64,000 nt of DNA from Callorhinchus milii (taxonomy: Eukaryota): the NCBI RefSeq assembly GCF_018977255.1, contig NW_024704742.1, forward strand, positions 66,590,001-66,654,000. The letters run 5' to 3'. This document shows positions 60,265 through 64,000 of this stretch, in pieces. Below the pieces are notes generated by a model. The model made no database searches and was not told the DNA's origin. It saw only the letters and a program-made list of their open reading frames with translations. Position 1 is the stretch's first letter. Every line of letters begins with the position of its first letter. Position numbers and translations under genes: made by a program.

Positions 60265-60770
60265 ACTAATAATCCTTGCATTTGATATAGCGTCTTGTTA
60301 CATCATTGAGACGTCTCAAAGCGCTTCACACAATATACTATAATGTGAATTCACTGTATATATTGTGGGTGAAATGCAGCAGCTAATTGTGCACAGCAGT
60401 GTCCCACAAACAGTCATGGATTGGGTAACCACATTTTTTTGAGGGATTATCACCTCTGGAAAGCACTTTGCCAATCAACTAACAACCAGGTTCCTATTTA
60501 CAGCTAGTTAAGCAGAGGCATTTGGAGTAAGGAAACTTGCCTGCCTGAAAACCTTCTTTTCAACCATGCTTATGGCCACCTCGCCCCACCCCCCCAACTC
60601 GGAGTCAGGCTCCACCACTGTTAAGCATTCTGACACACTACCCTGCCTGGACTTAGTGCAAGTGCTTGTTATTGTTGTTGTTGCCTAAGGTTTTGCCCTG
60701 CCCGGGAATAGAACCCAGGTCCTCTCACTTGTGAGGTGAGTGCTCTAACCACTATGCTATGGGACTCCTC
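60265..60770 (-). mobile_element. CmiSINE long form with nested plus-strand L2 tail (60543-60680)
   Basis: TTGCCT duplicated at 60537-60542 and 60681-60686. Confidence 0.85.
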
Positions 60771-60929
60771 TAGGCCTTCATATAGAGCCTTATAAGACGA
60801 GAGTTTCAAAGTGATAAGGACATCCTCCTGACTTGAAAAACGCTATGTAAATGTAATTTTTTATTGTATTGTATTGTAGCAGATATTGCACAGCACTGTA
60901 TGGATGGAACAGTGAGCAACAGAATTATT

Positions 60930-61135
60930 GTTAATAATAAAATAATCCTTCCATTTGATATAGTGCCTATCACATCACAAGGACGTCTCAAAGTGCTTCA
61001 CAGGATTAATTGTAAAGTCACTGTGTTTTGTGGGTGCGCAAGGCAGCCAATTTGCACACAGCAACATCCTGCAAACATCCACGGAAGGAATGATCAATTT
61101 TACTTGGGGGTTTTGTTGGCCAGGACACAGCGAAA
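60930..61135 (-). mobile_element. SINE tail fragment
   Basis: Shared tail. Confidence 0.75.
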
Positions 61136-62039
61136 AACACCCTAAACTGCAATTAAGGATGTTTACCAAAAGCACAGTCAAAGACATATGCTTCTCAGAT
61201 GTTTGAAAGATTCTCTTCCACTTGAGGCTTTTTTAAACTCCTATTTTGTTTATGGGATAACTATTAAATCCTGCAAGTCAAAGTTATTTTCTTTTTAATT
61301 CAGCCTCTTAAGAAATATTCTCTCTCAATACAGGTCTACACTTGGAGAAGTGTCGCATATTGAGTATTATTTTGAACTTCATTCAAAATAAATTTTGTAT
61401 AGAATTTTATGGAGGAATATCCAATACACATTTTTTTAAACCCTCAATTCAATTAATTTATTTTGAATAGAAAACAACTTACATAAAAAAATTGTCAGTG
61501 TCTATTTATGCCTTTACATCTCTGCCTCTGTTGCTTTACCATCTTCATGTTGTTGCCTTGAATCACAATGGACTCCTAGAAAAGTGTACAACAACAACCA
61601 CAACAATAACTTGCATTTATACATTATAGTGCCCTTCATGCAGGGCACTATAATCTTAGCATCTTGGGGTACTGAATCATAGCAGAGATTGACACTAAAC
61701 CAGGCAGAAAAGCATGGACAAAGAGAAAAGTCTTCGGGTGTGATTTGAAGATGGGGAAAAAGAGACCAAGATGGAAGGATTGAGGCAGGGAATTGATTGC
61801 AGAAGGATCAAGGGATTGATTGCAGAAAGAACAAGCCGGCCAGTCTGATTTGGCCTAAATATGTTCAGTGCTCTTTTGGGTATATTCCAGTATTAATTTA
61901 CCAGTGTCATATTGTATGGTGGGCGGTTATCTTTTTATCATGTAATTAATCCTGGTGGGCTGGAAAGAGATTATCCTACTGCCTTGGAGTATCTGAGATA
62001 GTTAGAGATAAATATAATATAGTTATATTTATATAGTTA

Positions 62040-62515
62040 TATTCATTCAATTCACGACTGTTTATGGGACGCTGCTGTGCACCCCCAAGATATAGTCAAT
62101 TTACTTGACAGTATACTATGTGAAATGCTTTGAGACATTTCAAAGATGTGATAAGGCGTTATATCAAATGCAAGGATTATTTTATTTATTATATAATAAT
62201 CCTTGCATTTGATAGGGCGGCTTTCATGTTTGGGAGGACATCATAGGATTTACTGTAAAGTGGTAAACGATAAGTGACTGTGTGGTTTGTTGGGGAAGGC
62301 AGCAGCTAATTTACACACGGAAATGTCCCACAAACAGCCATGAAGCAAATGGGCGAGTTATATTTGGGGGATTGTGAACCAGGACACCGGGACAGGTTCC
62401 CTTTTCTTTTTGAATAGTAAATAGATTGTGAGATCTTTAACATCCACTTGAACAATCAAAGACAGGATTACAGTTTAACATTTCATTCACAGGATGACAT
62501 CTCTGACAGTGCTGG
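62040..62515. mobile_element. tail-to-tail SINE pair
   Basis: Plus tail 62040-62190, minus Deu fragment 62195-62515. Confidence 0.75.
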
Positions 62516-63119
62516 GCACCTGAATAATACAGTACACAAGTGCAGTTTACTTGCTGCATGGGTGTTTAGCAAGTATTTGCTTTAATTACAGAGACACAGA
62601 AGGGATGCCTTATATTTAATTTCATGGTTAGGTTTGGGTTAATGAGGAAATGCCTCGGGTAATAGACACAGCCTGGCCTGACCGGGATCGGTTGCTCTTT
62701 CCCAGTTCCATGGGAGTGAACATTCCTTTGAATCTTAGACGGTCTTTAAAATTAATTCCCAAACACTCCACTCGGCTGCCAGCCATTAAGTGATAATTCA
62801 CACATGTTTTAGCATTTTTATTTTTCACTTGTGTGAGCTATTACTCCACTGGGCAGCAAAAATATGGTTCACTCCCACAGCGTAATTACATTTCATTCTT
62901 CGTGCCGCTGACATTATTATTTTCGCAGTTTTCCTGCATTGTGAAAATAAAATCCACGGTGCCACACATTTGTGAAGGTGGGGTTTCAGCTTAGTACCTG
63001 AGTCACACACTGTGCCCCAGTGATATTCAATATGAAACCCAAACTCCACAACACTCACACAGGAGGAGGACACGGAGGGGATGGGGAAATGGAGGTGAAA
63101 GATCGGGCTTGATAATAAC

Positions 63120-63545
63120 AATACTACTACTAATCCTTGCATTTGGAATCCTTGCATTACCATGTTGAAAGGACGTTTCAAAGTGTTTCACAGGATTTAC
63201 TGTGAAATTAACTGACTGTGTGTTTGTAGGCGAATGTGGCAGCCCAATTGCGCACAGCAATATCCCAGCCATGAAGTGAGTGATCAATTTTATTTGGGGA
63301 ATTGTTGGCCAGGACACCAGGAGCAACTCCATTCTCTTTTCAAATAGCGTCATGAAATCTTTAACTTCCACCTGAACAGGTAGATGGGCCCTCAGTTTAA
63401 TGTCTCATTTGAAAGACGGCACCTCCAACAATGAAACACACACTCAGCATTGCATTGGAGTGTCATCTTAGACTATGTGATTCCAAGTCCTGATGTGGGG
63501 CTTGAAACTTCTGACTCAGAGGCAAGAGTGCTGCCACTCATGGCA
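63120..63545 (-). mobile_element. Deu-domain SINE, near full length
   Basis: Tail, core, head. Confidence 0.85.
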
Positions 63546-63547
63546 AC

Positions 63548-63633
63548 ACTCAGCAGGTCAGGCAGCATCTATGGAGAGAGAAAAATGAGTTAACGTTTCA
63601 GGTCGATGACCTTTCATCAGAGTTTCATCAGAG
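63548..63633 (-). mobile_element. Penelope-like element terminal fragment
   Basis: ACTCAGCAGGTCAGGCAGCATCTATGGAGAGAG..GTTAACGTTTCAGGTCGATGACCTTTCATCAG resembles an abundant chondrichthyan Penelope-type repeat end (from memory). Confidence 0.6.
63588..63621 (-). ncRNA. minimal type I hammerhead ribozyme core (probably degenerate)
   Basis: Minus strand CUGAUGA-A-AGGUC-AUC-GACCU-GAAAC-GUU-AAC; perfect 5-bp stem II, palindromic stem III, stem I broken. Confidence 0.6.
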
Positions 63634-63699
63634 ATAAATGTGATTGTTGGTAAATCGGATTGAGAAAGTAGGCCATACTGCAGTGCTTCTGAGACAGCA

Positions 63700-63860
63700 A
63701 AGTAAGAGGGCGTAGGTTTAGGGCAATCTCAGAACAGACATCAGGAAGTCATACTTTACCTAGGTTGCAATTACCCAGATTGGAATGGGTTGTTGGGAAG
63801 GGTGAAGAAATTCAGAACAATTAGTCTGTTTTAAGAAACAGCTTGATGTTGTGACAGGAG
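63700..63860 (+). mobile_element. CR1 3' fragment
   Basis: FRAISEQTSG-like region and TTTAAGAAACAGCTTGATG; similar to 49135-49345 and 541-615. Confidence 0.7.
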
Positions 63861-64000
63861 GAGGGTAGGGTGGGTACTTCCTAATCCAAACCTCTCTTGT
63901 GATCTTGTGATCTTACACCAAACAACAGAAAATTGGCTATTTGTCTCACTGCTGTCTGTGAGATCTTACTGACCCAAATCAACCTTTGTCTACAATGCTA

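Overview
Non-coding, repeat-dense vertebrate DNA. I find no supportable protein-coding gene, tRNA, rRNA or CRISPR array. The ORFs in the track are repeat-derived, low-complexity or short with no recognisable protein. The repeat set points to a cartilaginous fish, most likely a holocephalan such as Callorhinchus milii; this is an inference from remembered family descriptions, not a database match. Repeats seen: (1) a tRNA-Ala-headed SINE in long and internally deleted short forms (CmiSINE/SINE2-1_CM-like); (2) a Deu-domain SINE (SacSINE1-like) with the same L2-type 3' tail ending in (TTA)n; (3) many 5'-truncated L2 LINE ends with (TTG)n tails; (4) CR1 fragments; (5) MITE-like elements; (6) an unclassified ~300-bp dispersed repeat; (7) a Penelope-type terminus with a minimal hammerhead ribozyme core at ~63.6 kb. 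Between the repeats lie repeat-free, homeodomain/Sox/POU-motif-rich islands of 0.3-1.2 kb. They look like conserved non-coding enhancers of a gene desert or giant intron, but I could not identify the locus. The clearest structural oddities are several locally templated insertions and fold-backs, a 113-bp near-perfect inverted repeat around a SINE, an L2 bracketed by a 29-bp direct repeat, and a strong SINE strand skew in the right half. Repeat boundaries were read by eye and are approximate (+/-10-20 bp) unless given as exact motifs.
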